This document shows positions 55,256-64,000 of a DNA stretch of 64,000 bases, piece after piece; the first letter of the stretch is position 1, and each line of letters begins with the position of its first letter. The notes beneath the pieces were generated by a model, which was not told where the DNA came from, ran no database searches, and was given only the letters and a program-made list of their open reading frames with translations. The translations under genes were made by a program, and so were the position numbers. The DNA lies in IMG/VR virus record IMGVR_UViG_3300017913_001833, positions 64,001 through 128,000 of that record; one strand, written 5' to 3'. The DNA is from a virus (lineage: Duplodnaviria > Caudoviricetes).

Positions 55256-58200
55256 CGCGGTAAGTCAGTTGTTGAATTCCTCAAGAATCTAGCAATATTT
55301 CCTTCAGCTTTACTTAGCTGTGTGCCAGGGTCACTCCAAATTCTTCCTTGCTTCCTGATAATGATTACTTTAGCATTTTCTGGTGCAGGCTCAGCTAGTG
55401 TAAGTGTTGTGCCTGAAACAGTAAATTCTGGGACTAGTGTTACATCACCTTCCGGTGAATCCATTTGCGGTGCGCTTACAGTATTACCATTGCCATCAAT
55501 AGTTTCAAACTGATAACTGCTAATGCTGTTCTTACGCATACGTTTACCTGCAACAAATACTTCAAACTCATTTACACTGCTAGGTGTCCAATCTAGCTGG
55601 AATTCAGTACTTGTACCATCACCGTCTAGTGTTAATGTTATAGTTTCGTCTTTGTAAGGCATATTTTGATCAATACCTTGCTGATAAACTTCTGTTCCTT
55701 CTTTGTATACATCTTTAGCACCTGTACCAAGTGTTGCTCTGCGTAATTGTTTTAATGTATTACCATCTCTCACAAAGTATTCAATACGCTCACCTTCAAT
55801 AAAGATTATACTTGGTTGTGTAGGATTAGCAGGAGGTTGTGGTAATTTATCACCGTTCTCAACTTCAATAGTCTTATCCCATGGATACAAATCTCTTACA
55901 AGTAACACATCTTCTGCACCAGTTAGGCGCTTGTAGTGTGTTCTGTTTAGCATATCTTTAAATTGTCTCCAACCAAATTTTTGTACAAGCTGTGTAGCTG
56001 CAAAATGTATAATATCAATTGTATCATTTTCTGCTATGTCATGCACAATCTTTAGATATTTTTTATTGTCTGTAACATAGTAATCTACGCTTGGTGACAA
56101 TAGTGTGCCGTTCTTGGCTACCCATACATATTGCGCATCGGTGGCAGGTTTGCGTAGTTCAATTAATCCGTTACGTAAATGACGTAGTTGATACCAGTTT
56201 TCACTTCCGTATGTTAATTTTGTACGTTCAACAACATCAAACTCTTGGCGTTCGATATCTTGTATGCTGTCGTTGTTAAATGTGTATACAGTAATAATAT
56301 CACTCGATTCATAAACATTATCCATGTAAATTGTGCCAGGTGTGCGTTGGAATTCACCTTCACTGTCCCAATAACCATAAGCATACTGTCCATCTTTGAT
56401 TGCATAAACTCTAAGTGTATCTCCTGTAGTACCTACACCAGGAAGTAATGTAACTGTTGATCCTTCTTGTTGATCTAAAATTACCCTAGGTTCTCCTGTG
56501 ACTGGATCAATATCATTTTCATCTCTAATTGTGCTGTCAAATTCTCCTGCACTTACAAAATTCCATTGTTCTCCGTATGTAAGTTCTTCATCATTTAAGT
56601 AAACTAACAAGTCTTGATGATTAAATGTGCCAAGCGGTACTTGCCATAAATCTAATCTATATTCTCTAGTATCACTTACTGCAAACTGTTGACTGTATCC
56701 TGCTGTCAATATTGTATCATTAACTTTTACAATAGTATTGTGTTCGCTTGGTTTTGCACTAAATGGTGTAGTTGCAAGTGTATAAGTTAATGAACTACCG
56801 TCTCCGATAAATTCATCAATTTGTACTGAGCTGTAATTTTGTGTTAATCCTTCGAATACTCCAAAATTAATAATTTTATCATTAGCAATAGGTTCAGGAA
56901 AACGTATAACAACATTACCAGGAACATCAAAACTACTATCATCACTTTCAACTAGAATAGTATTTTGTTTTACACCGTCTATAGTTGCATAGTGCGACAT
57001 GTTTTCTGTAAAACGTATGTTAGTTAAGAAGTCAACTGTGCTACCGTCTCCTACAAATGTACCATAATCTAAAACATTTTTTCCTGCAACATCTAAACTG
57101 ACTATAGTTAATCTTACACCAGTCGCAGGAGCAACATCTAATGTTATACTTTTCCTGTCTGTGCTAAATGTGTAATCATCATCTGTTTGAATACTATCGC
57201 CTACTTTTACAAACAAGTTGTTGTTAAACGCTATATTTTGATCTATGCTAAATGTCTTAGTGCTACCATCACCTATATAGTTAAAACTTCTAATATTACT
57301 TCCGCCGCCTGTTGGACGTTCATAAACTTGTATGTCAACTGTGTCTATAACTTGTCCTGGAACTATCTCTTCTGGACCTTTTGAAGTAGTAGGTGTTACA
57401 AATCCGTCACCGTCAACTGATATATCTTCTGCAGCTAATCCTGTTGCTGTAGTGTAACCTAAATTGCCGCCTTCAATTACAGTGTCATATCCTGCAGGAT
57501 CTGCTAGGAAGCTACCGTCACTTGTCTTTTTACGTATTACAAGTGTATCCCCATCTGCAACTCTTATGTTGTAATTGTCTAGATACAATATTGTTGTTTC
57601 GCCGTCACCTACAAGTGTTTCCATTGTAGCATTTTTGTTAGTAATTACAGTGCTACCGTCATAATCTGGGTCATCAATACGCACATTATTTTTGTATACA
57701 TTGTATTCAACACCGTTTTCTAATGCTTTAGCTAATTCAATTTGTGTAGTGCTTCCGTCAAACTTGAAAACTTCATCTTCATATGTTTCATCATATGAAT
57801 CCCACTTACCTGTAAACCAACCTTCTGCATCGAAGCCGCCTAAGTTTTCAAATCCAAAACTCTTAACTTCTACTCCACCATAATCTATACCGTCCATTAC
57901 TTGTGCAAGATCTTTACCAAACATACCTGTTGTTGGATCGTACAATAGATTTACTCTATCTTGTGCTGTTAAGAGATCTGGAGACTTTTTATATTTTATA
58001 ACTATTGCTTTTGCAATAGCAGGAGGTGTAGTAAATGTTATTTCACCTTTATAACGCTGATAAGTTTTTGTGTTGTCAACTTTGTTGCGATAAGTGTATT
58101 CACTTGACAACAACTCAGTACCACCTACAGTAATAGTGATGTTACTTGGCATTAAATCTATAGGCCATTTTAAATCAAAAATGTATTTTGCACCAGTGCC

Positions 58201-61200
58201 TGTGAAGTTTTCAGTCTCGTCTAGTTTTGTAATAATGTAGCTAGAACTTATTCTGTCAAACTTAACATGCGTTGTAAAACTTCTTACTGTTTCGTGTCCA
58301 ATCACTGCACTAATACGTGCATCTTTTCCGTCTGGATTTGAACCATTTATTTCTAGAGTCGGTGCGCTTATGTATCCACTGCCTGGATTTATAACTTCGA
58401 TAGAAGTAATCTTTCCATTTGCTCCAAGATAAGTTTGGAATTTTGCGCCAGTGCCTCCACCGCCAACTGCTGTTACAACAGGTGGCTCAACATATTTTAA
58501 ACCGCCATCATAAATGTTTACACTTTTAATTTGATAACTTGCATTATCTAACCAATGTCTATATGGATAAGTTGTAATGTCTTTGTCAGTGCCTACAATC
58601 ATATCTTCTAACACTTGTGCATTATGCGGTAGTATTGTTTTACTTCCTTCTAAATATCTAGGAGATAAATCAAAGTCTGTAATAACACTTCTTGTAGGTT
58701 CTAATCTTTCATAACTAGACAGGTATTCTCTTAGTTTTGTTTTGAAAGGCTTTACTTCTTCCAAGTAATCTTCATAACTTGGTAGATTGTCATTGTTGAA
58801 AGTAATATCTTCTCTTAGTTGCCCAACGTTATGTTGTGCTTTTACAAAGCTAGTCTTAAATGCCCAGTCTACATTTGGCTGTTCACTGAATGCATATCTA
58901 ATACTTGCTAAGAATAACTTGTTATATTCAACTTCTAAATCATTTACGAAGATATCATCTCTAATTGTTTCTAATATTCTACGTTGTTCAATAGTAGGCT
59001 GACTATCATAAAACTGCACATCAAAACTTATTGTATCAAATCCATTAAGTGATGCAGTTACATCATACAATCCTCTTTTGAATTGTATAGTACCATCTTG
59101 TCTACCAATAGTTTTATAGTTTACTGTATAGTCAGTTGTAGTCTTTTCGTCAATTTTTTGTAGAAGTAACCAACCGCCTGTGCCAATTGAACTAATTTTT
59201 ACTACATCACCAATACTATCATTTAGTCCTGATAATTGATATGAATAATCTATTAAGTAATCTATTTCTGTGGTTGCATTATATCCTGTATCATACCAGT
59301 CAGTATACTCCCAGTATAAAGTTGTATTGTATGCTTGGCTTCTGATTCTATTCCAAGTTGCACTATCTTCTAGTCTTTCGTATATTGCCCACTTACCTTG
59401 TATAGTTTCATCTGCATTAACAAGTGCAGTAAACTTTCTAACCGATATTGTAGTATCAGCACCATAGTTTTCACCTTGGTTGTTAACTGTTACACTTGTA
59501 ACCTTACCTAGCGTATCAATAGTAAGCGTAAACTCTGCACCTTCTCCGTCACCAGTAATTTTGTATGTAGGTACAACTAGATAACCTCTGCCGGGATCTG
59601 TAATTGTAACACGAACAATTTTACCATTTTCTATAACAGGAGTAAGAACTGCTTGTTTACTTTTAGCAACACCAATAAATTCTAATTCTGCATAACTATC
59701 AACACTTGTATCATACAGTCTACTAATAGAGCTCGGTGCTTGTTCTAAATAATTTAAATTATTTAAATTTTTAGTTTCAACAACTAAGTTAGTTTTAAGT
59801 ACACCATTTACTCTTTCAATAACTTGCTTCAATGCTTCAACATTGTTTATAAACATACTTTGTCTAGGTGTGTTTAATATACCATATTTCTTTTTTGCAC
59901 CAAGTGTATTGTCAGGCACAGGTCTATTTCTTGTATCATAACCTATTAAACTATCATACCACTTACGTTCAATATCTCTATTAGGCTTACTCGTAGATAA
60001 TCCATCACTTACAAGTTGATATTGATTGTGTATATTAGTATCTTGATCTTCTAGTGTATAGTATTGTATACTAATTGCAGTATCTTTGCCTTTGATTAAT
60101 GTATCACAGTTATTAATTACAAACTGATTGTTAGAAATAAAGCTAATAAACTTATATCCATAGGAATAAGGATCTTTAATTAACATTGCTGTGTTAAATG
60201 CGCTTTCAGTTCTAAATTCATTATTTGGAATAGTCTTTTTATCTTTGACCCAGTAGAAATATTTTGTAGTAAACGCTTGGCTTATTGGATCATAAACTTG
60301 CTTTTCAACATAGTTTGCTGTATTTTTTGCTTGTCCACTTATACCCTGTGCTAGTCCGTCATTTGTATCTGCTTGATCGTTCCAAGCAGTTGGAAGCAGA
60401 CTACTTTCTACCCATTCATACACATCTATACTTGATCCTGTGTATAGTTTATTCCAATTATTTGTAGAATATGTAATATCTCCTTGATAAGGATTTAAAA
60501 ACTTAGCATTATTTAGATCCCACCACAGTTGCCCGACTTGCTCTGGCCCCCATGTGTTCAGTTTGTCAACAACAACTCCTGTGCCTACTGAGTATGTTGC
60601 AGGATCATAGTAAGTTTTATAACGTAATTCTTGTTCTGCTACTCCAGGAATTTTTCCTTGCAATACATCAACATAATCAAGATAAGAAAGAAGTTCTTTT
60701 GTTTTAACATCATATAGTGTTACTTTCTTAATTTTGTTTAAGTCAACTGTATCCTTAGGAGTGCGCTTATTTGTCCAAACTTTGTTAGGTACTCTATAAT
60801 CTACAATTCTACCTGTTGTTGCCGCATTAGGTATTCTTGGCAACCCTACAATTACATGATTATTTCGTGCAACTATGTTTCTACCAAAGTAACCTACATC
60901 AGGATCGTTGTATTGAGCTATATCAGCATATAGTAATTTGCCGCCGATGTTTTCGTAAACATAAACAACACCGTCGTCTATATTAACTTTTCTAAACTTT
61001 GTAAAGTTATTATCAAAAGTGGTTACAGTTCCGGTAATAGTCGAGGTAGGATCATTTACATATGTAGAACCTTTTTTCTTTTCTGAATAAATGTCAAAGG
61101 ATGATTCAAATACGCTATCAGCATTTTTGCTTCCTATAGCAAGAACATCGCCTGTGTAAGATACAGTAAATCCAAATTGTTCAGCTCTTTCATTTTTTGG

Positions 61201-63999
61201 ACTGTTTAATGTTTGATCTAGTACAAACACCCCATCTTTTTGTCTGTATATAAACACAGTACCTTGATCAGCATCAATATCATCATCGGTAGGCGCACTA
61301 ATTGCTAGGCTCATACCATCGTCAGCAATAGAAACACTTTCTCCAAATCCTATTGTTTTACTACTTGCTTCAATCAGTTGGCTGTATTCATAAAAACCGT
61401 TGTTGATTCTATATACAACAATTCCATTTGGCTTATCGGCATTGTATGTGACACTTGCTACAAGAACTTCACCGTTTAAACTAACATCGAATGTTTTTCC
61501 AAACAGTCCCATAGCACTTTGATCTAGGACTGTACTTCCATCTGTGCTATCGTTTGTAACTGAGAATGTTGTGTCATTAGGCAAGTAACCTACATAATCT
61601 AACAAATCATCTGTGCTAGTCCAATCGTTAGTGTTAAAACTTCCTGCAGCTAAGTTTGTCTTTGCTTTAAGTAAGCCATTTCCTAAGATAATAATATCAT
61701 CTTCTTGATAAGATCTAGCAGTGCTAAATTCTCCTTGAAATCTTTTGTTTTTTGCACTGTCCCAATCAAAGGAAGCATTATTTTCTGTGCCTTTTTTGTA
61801 TTGATAGATTGTACCTAAACCTTCTGGTGGTGTAGAATCTTCTCCACCTTTATCAGCATATACAAACAATCTATACAAATCATTCATCTTTGCACCTTTT
61901 ACTGTAGTGCCTAGTCTTTGATTGTCTGCTCTGTATTCATTAATGTAGTAACCTTCTGCCTCATATTCACCACCTGGAGTGCTTTGCCAAATACTAAACA
62001 TTCCTTCATTTATTCTTGTGCTTAGGTTGCGTTCTGCAAAAGCATCTACAGGAATTTTGTAAACTTCTGTCCAATCATTACTGTCTGGATTTGGAATAGT
62101 AGCTTGACGAGGTATACCATCAACTTTTGCATTATCATAAAACCAATATTCAGCTTCTAATAAAATATTTTCACTTGGTAATACTGCTGGTACTCCATCG
62201 AATACTAAAAATTTACCAATACCAAATGGTGCATAACTGAATCCTACTTTGTCAATTTGTCCAAAAACACGATCTGCTTGGTACAATGGATTAGCTCGGC
62301 CAGCATCACCTATAAATTCTATCTCAGTGTTGTCTCCGAAATCGTTACCTAAACTAAACGTTCCTGTAGTATTTTTTACATAGATAGTAGCGTTTAGACC
62401 ATCTCTCTCATAAAATACAACATCGGCTTCTGCACCTGTTGACAAATCTCTAACTCTTAGTGCATCGCCGCCTCCTAGTACAATAGGCTCAAACACGTTA
62501 CCTAAACTATCAAACTTTGTAAAGTTAAATTTAATATAGCCGTCCCAGATATCTGTAATTGTTTGTTCTTTGTTTGTAATTGCAGTTGTAAGGCCGATTT
62601 CAGTTACATCTTGGTAGCTGTTATCATTCCAACGCGGTAGCTGATCAACATATAAATTAATTTTATCCCCTATTGTAACAGAATCTGTAAGAGCTTTTGC
62701 AGCTTTTACAATATAACGACTGTCATATATAGGTGCTGTTACTCCTCCAGCTCCTGGTGCACCTTGAGTATTAAGTGTGCGGATGTAACTTCCTATACTG
62801 TTTTCACTGTTTACACTACTGTCATCGTCATAATCTAGACTATTAAAATATCTTCTGTTTTGATTTGTTTGACCACTAGGTGTAAAATCTTCGTAAACAA
62901 GTCCTCTGCCAGGATCTATGTTTGCACTTGTTGTTGCTCCTGTTGTATATGCCACAACACTGTCAATTACCCAATAGCCGCCCCATTGTGCAGAATAATC
63001 AGCATCATCTGAATGTAAACTCTTAACAAATTCACCTACAAAATCTCCGTTATCAAAAAACAAACTGCCTGCTGTTGGGAAAGAACCATTTACATCTTTC
63101 ATGTATATTGAAACTTGTGCGCCTACACTGAAAACATATGCAACTGTACCTGATGCTCCACTTGTTTCAATAACATCTCCTACAATAGGAGTATTGGTAG
63201 CACCATCAACATATAACACAGAATCTATCTTGTATAATATCTGATGCTCACCTGTTAAGAATTGTGGGGAAATACTAGGAAATCTGCTGTTAAATGGTGC
63301 AATATCTTCTATTACATTCCTGTTTTGATATGCATTTGATCTTTGATTCCATTTTAATGAAATCGTATCGCCAACTTTCGAACCTTGATATTGGTTGTAT
63401 GGAGCACGTACAATTATTTGATCAGTGCTTACATTAGGTAAAGGAAAATTACCAGTGGCAAGTACAGTAGGAGCATCATCGTTTTCGTCAGTTAGTCCTA
63501 ATGCTATACGTATTCCTGTAACACTGTTAAAACTATCAAATTGTATTGATGCTTCTTCGCCTTCTATTCCGCGCTCTGCTCGCCATATTGCACTATCATA
63601 TTTTACAATATCATTCTTTAGGTAATCTTGTGAAGACACATAGTCATCTTGATATCTTGTTTTAACATGAGAAGCATTAGGCGAACCAACATAAATGTAT
63701 TTTCCATCTTCTGATACATCAACACTTGCTCCAAAGCGTTCTCCGTCTAATGATGCGTTTGTCAATGGTGTAAGTTCTTGGCGTAATACCCAGTTAGTTG
63801 TTTCGCTAGGACGAGTATAAACTAAAACTTTACCATTACCTTGATCAGGCATACCAACAGCCATTATTGTATTTCTTTTGTTGACAGCAAGAGCACTAGC
63901 AAATTGTCCTAGTGTAGAATCGTCCCCGTATGTATTAGTGATTACTTGTGCTTCTACATAGTTGTTAGTATTTTCTACAACACTCCACTTACCATCGGA
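55252..63999 (-). CDS. Giant baseplate-wedge-like virion protein (>2,900 aa; 5' end outside the window)
   Basis: The frame stays open from 63864 to the window edge (SDGKWSVV...NTIM). It has FG-GAP-like repeats (FGASVDVS, FGESVSI, FGFTVS), V.I.DPG.GY repeats and GDGST repeats. Confidence 0.8.
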   Translation of the reverse strand, partial: SDGKWSVVENTNNYVEAQVITNTYGDDSTLGQFASALAVNKRNTIMAVGMPDQGNGKVLVYTRPSETTNWVLRQELTPLTNASLDGERFGASVDVSEDGKYIYVGSPNASHVKTRYQDDYVSSQDYLKNDIVKYDSAIWRAERGIEGEEASIQFDSFNSVTGIRIALGLTDENDDAPTVLATGNFPLPNVSTDQIIVRAPYNQYQGSKVGDTISLKWNQRSNAYQNRNVIEDIAPFNSRFPSISPQFLTGEHQILYKIDSVLYVDGATNTPIVGDVIETSGASGTVAYVFSVGAQVSIYMKDVNGSFPTAGSLFFDNGDFVGEFVKSLHSDDADYSAQWGGYWVIDSVVAYTTGATTSANIDPGRGLVYEDFTPSGQTNQNRRYFNSLDYDDDSSVNSENSIGSYIRTLNTQGAPGAGGVTAPIYDSRYIVKAAKALTDSVTIGDKINLYVDQLPRWNDNSYQDVTEIGLTTAITNKEQTITDIWDGYIKFNFTKFDSLGNVFEPIVLGGGDALRVRDLSTGAEADVVFYERDGLNATIYVKNTTGTFSLGNDFGDNTEIEFIGDAGRANPLYQADRVFGQIDKVGFSYAPFGIGKFLVFDGVPAVLPSENILLEAEYWFYDNAKVDGIPRQATIPNPDSNDWTEVYKIPVDAFAERNLSTRINEGMFSIWQSTPGGEYEAEGYYINEYRADNQRLGTTVKGAKMNDLYRLFVYADKGGEDSTPPEGLGTIYQYKKGTENNASFDWDSAKNKRFQGEFSTARSYQEDDIIILGNGLLKAKTNLAAGSFNTNDWTSTDDLLDYVGYLPNDTTFSVTNDSTDGSTVLDQSAMGLFGKTFDVSLNGEVLVASVTYNADKPNGIVVYRINNGFYEYSQLIEASSKTIGFGESVSIADDGMSLAISAPTDDDIDADQGTVFIYRQKDGVFVLDQTLNSPKNERAEQFGFTVSYTGDVLAIGSKNADSVFESSFDIYSEKKKGSTYVNDPTSTITGTVTTFDNNFTKFRKVNIDDGVVYVYENIGGKLLYADIAQYNDPDVGYFGRNIVARNNHVIVGLPRIPNAATTGRIVDYRVPNKVWTNKRTPKDTVDLNKIKKVTLYDVKTKELLSYLDYVDVLQGKIPGVAEQELRYKTYYDPATYSVGTGVVVDKLNTWGPEQVGQLWWDLNNAKFLNPYQGDITYSTNNWNKLYTGSSIDVYEWVESSLLPTAWNDQADTNDGLAQGISGQAKNTANYVEKQVYDPISQAFTTKYFYWVKDKKTIPNNEFRTESAFNTAMLIKDPYSYGYKFISFISNNQFVINNCDTLIKGKDTAISIQYYTLEDQDTNIHNQYQLVSDGLSTSKPNRDIERKWYDSLIGYDTRNRPVPDNTLGAKKKYGILNTPRQSMFINNVEALKQVIERVNGVLKTNLVVETKNLNNLNYLEQAPSSISRLYDTSVDSYAELEFIGVAKSKQAVLTPVIENGKIVRVTITDPGRGYLVVPTYKITGDGEGAEFTLTIDTLGKVTSVTVNNQGENYGADTTISVRKFTALVNADETIQGKWAIYERLEDSATWNRIRSQAYNTTLYWEYTDWYDTGYNATTEIDYLIDYSYQLSGLNDSIGDVVKISSIGTGGWLLLQKIDEKTTTDYTVNYKTIGRQDGTIQFKRGLYDVTASLNGFDTISFDVQFYDSQPTIEQRRILETIRDDIFVNDLEVEYNKLFLASIRYAFSEQPNVDWAFKTSFVKAQHNVGQLREDITFNNDNLPSYEDYLEEVKPFKTKLREYLSSYERLEPTRSVITDFDLSPRYLEGSKTILPHNAQVLEDMIVGTDKDITTYPYRHWLDNASYQIKSVNIYDGGLKYVEPPVVTAVGGGGTGAKFQTYLGANGKITSIEVINPGSGYISAPTLEINGSNPDGKDARISAVIGHETVRSFTTHVKFDRISSSYIITKLDETENFTGTGAKYIFDLKWPIDLMPSNITITVGGTELLSSEYTYRNKVDNTKTYQRYKGEITFTTPPAIAKAIVIKYKKSPDLLTAQDRVNLLYDPTTGMFGKDLAQVMDGIDYGGVEVKSFGFENLGGFDAEGWFTGKWDSYDETYEDEVFKFDGSTTQIELAKALENGVEYNVYKNNVRIDDPDYDGSTVITNKNATMETLVGDGETTILYLDNYNIRVADGDTLVIRKKTSDGSFLADPAGYDTVIEGGNLGYTTATGLAAEDISVDGDGFVTPTTSKGPEEIVPGQVIDTVDIQVYERPTGGGSNIRSFNYIGDGSTKTFSIDQNIAFNNNLFVKVGDSIQTDDDYTFSTDRKSITLDVAPATGVRLTIVSLDVAGKNVLDYGTFVGDGSTVDFLTNIRFTENMSHYATIDGVKQNTILVESDDSSFDVPGNVVIRFPEPIANDKIINFGVFEGLTQNYSSVQIDEFIGDGSSLTYTLATTPFSAKPSEHNTIVKVNDTILTAGYSQQFAVSDTREYRLDLWQVPLGTFNHQDLLVYLNDEELTYGEQWNFVSAGEFDSTIRDENDIDPVTGEPRVILDQQEGSTVTLLPGVGTTGDTLRVYAIKDGQYAYGYWDSEGEFQRTPGTIYMDNVYESSDIITVYTFNNDSIQDIERQEFDVVERTKLTYGSENWYQLRHLRNGLIELRKPATDAQYVWVAKNGTLLSPSVDYYVTDNKKYLKIVHDIAENDTIDIIHFAATQLVQKFGWRQFKDMLNRTHYKRLTGAEDVLLVRDLYPWDKTIEVENGDKLPQPPANPTQPSIIFIEGERIEYFVRDGNTLKQLRRATLGTGAKDVYKEGTEVYQQGIDQNMPYKDETITLTLDGDGTSTEFQLDWTPSSVNEFEVFVAGKRMRKNSISSYQFETIDGNGNTVSAPQMDSPEGDVTLVPEFTVSGTTLTLAEPAPENAKVIIIRKQGRIWSDPGTQLSKAEGNIARFLRNSTTDLPR

Positions 64000-64000
64000 T

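Noticed and set aside
1-64000. Stop-codon reassignment, tRNA/rRNA genes, or a bacterial chromosomal origin
   Set aside because: Genes are full-length under the standard code with TAA, TAG and TGA all used as stops. Intergenic gaps are too short for RNA genes and no cloverleaf was seen. Virion genes, T4-like late promoters and rnh indicate a phage.

Overview
A 64-kb, AT-rich, gene-dense segment of a large (probably jumbo) tailed dsDNA phage. It has T4-like late promoter cores (ATAAATA/TATAAATA) and sigma70-type promoters; no rRNA, tRNA, CRISPR array or transposase was seen. The left 14 kb (+ strand) holds a nucleotide/DNA-modification module: QueD-like fragment, glycosyltransferase, PRTase, MBD4-like glycosylase, HIT hydrolase, FolE and an atypical QueE. 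It continues with RNase H, a MoxR AAA+/vWA-metallopeptidase pair, hypotheticals and a fibre-like virion protein. The right 16 kb (- strand) holds baseplate/tail virion genes, including a >2,900-aa protein truncated by the window edge. Between these two virion loci (14.8-47.9 kb) is the main finding, a ~33-kb island made almost entirely of tailoring enzymes. It encodes 11 radical SAM proteins (six in tandem, one with a B12-type domain), about 10 Fe(II)/2-oxoglutarate oxygenases, 2 membrane desaturases, 2 nitroreductases, 2 PP-loop ATPases and 2 GNAT-like proteins. It also encodes PanD, an ATP-grasp ligase, a kinase-like and an SGNH-like protein, and 3 glycosyltransferase genes, one of them a GT-GT-methyltransferase fusion. 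This looks like a phage-encoded biosynthetic or hypermodification system of unknown product. All functional calls are from motif recognition by eye; no database search was run.
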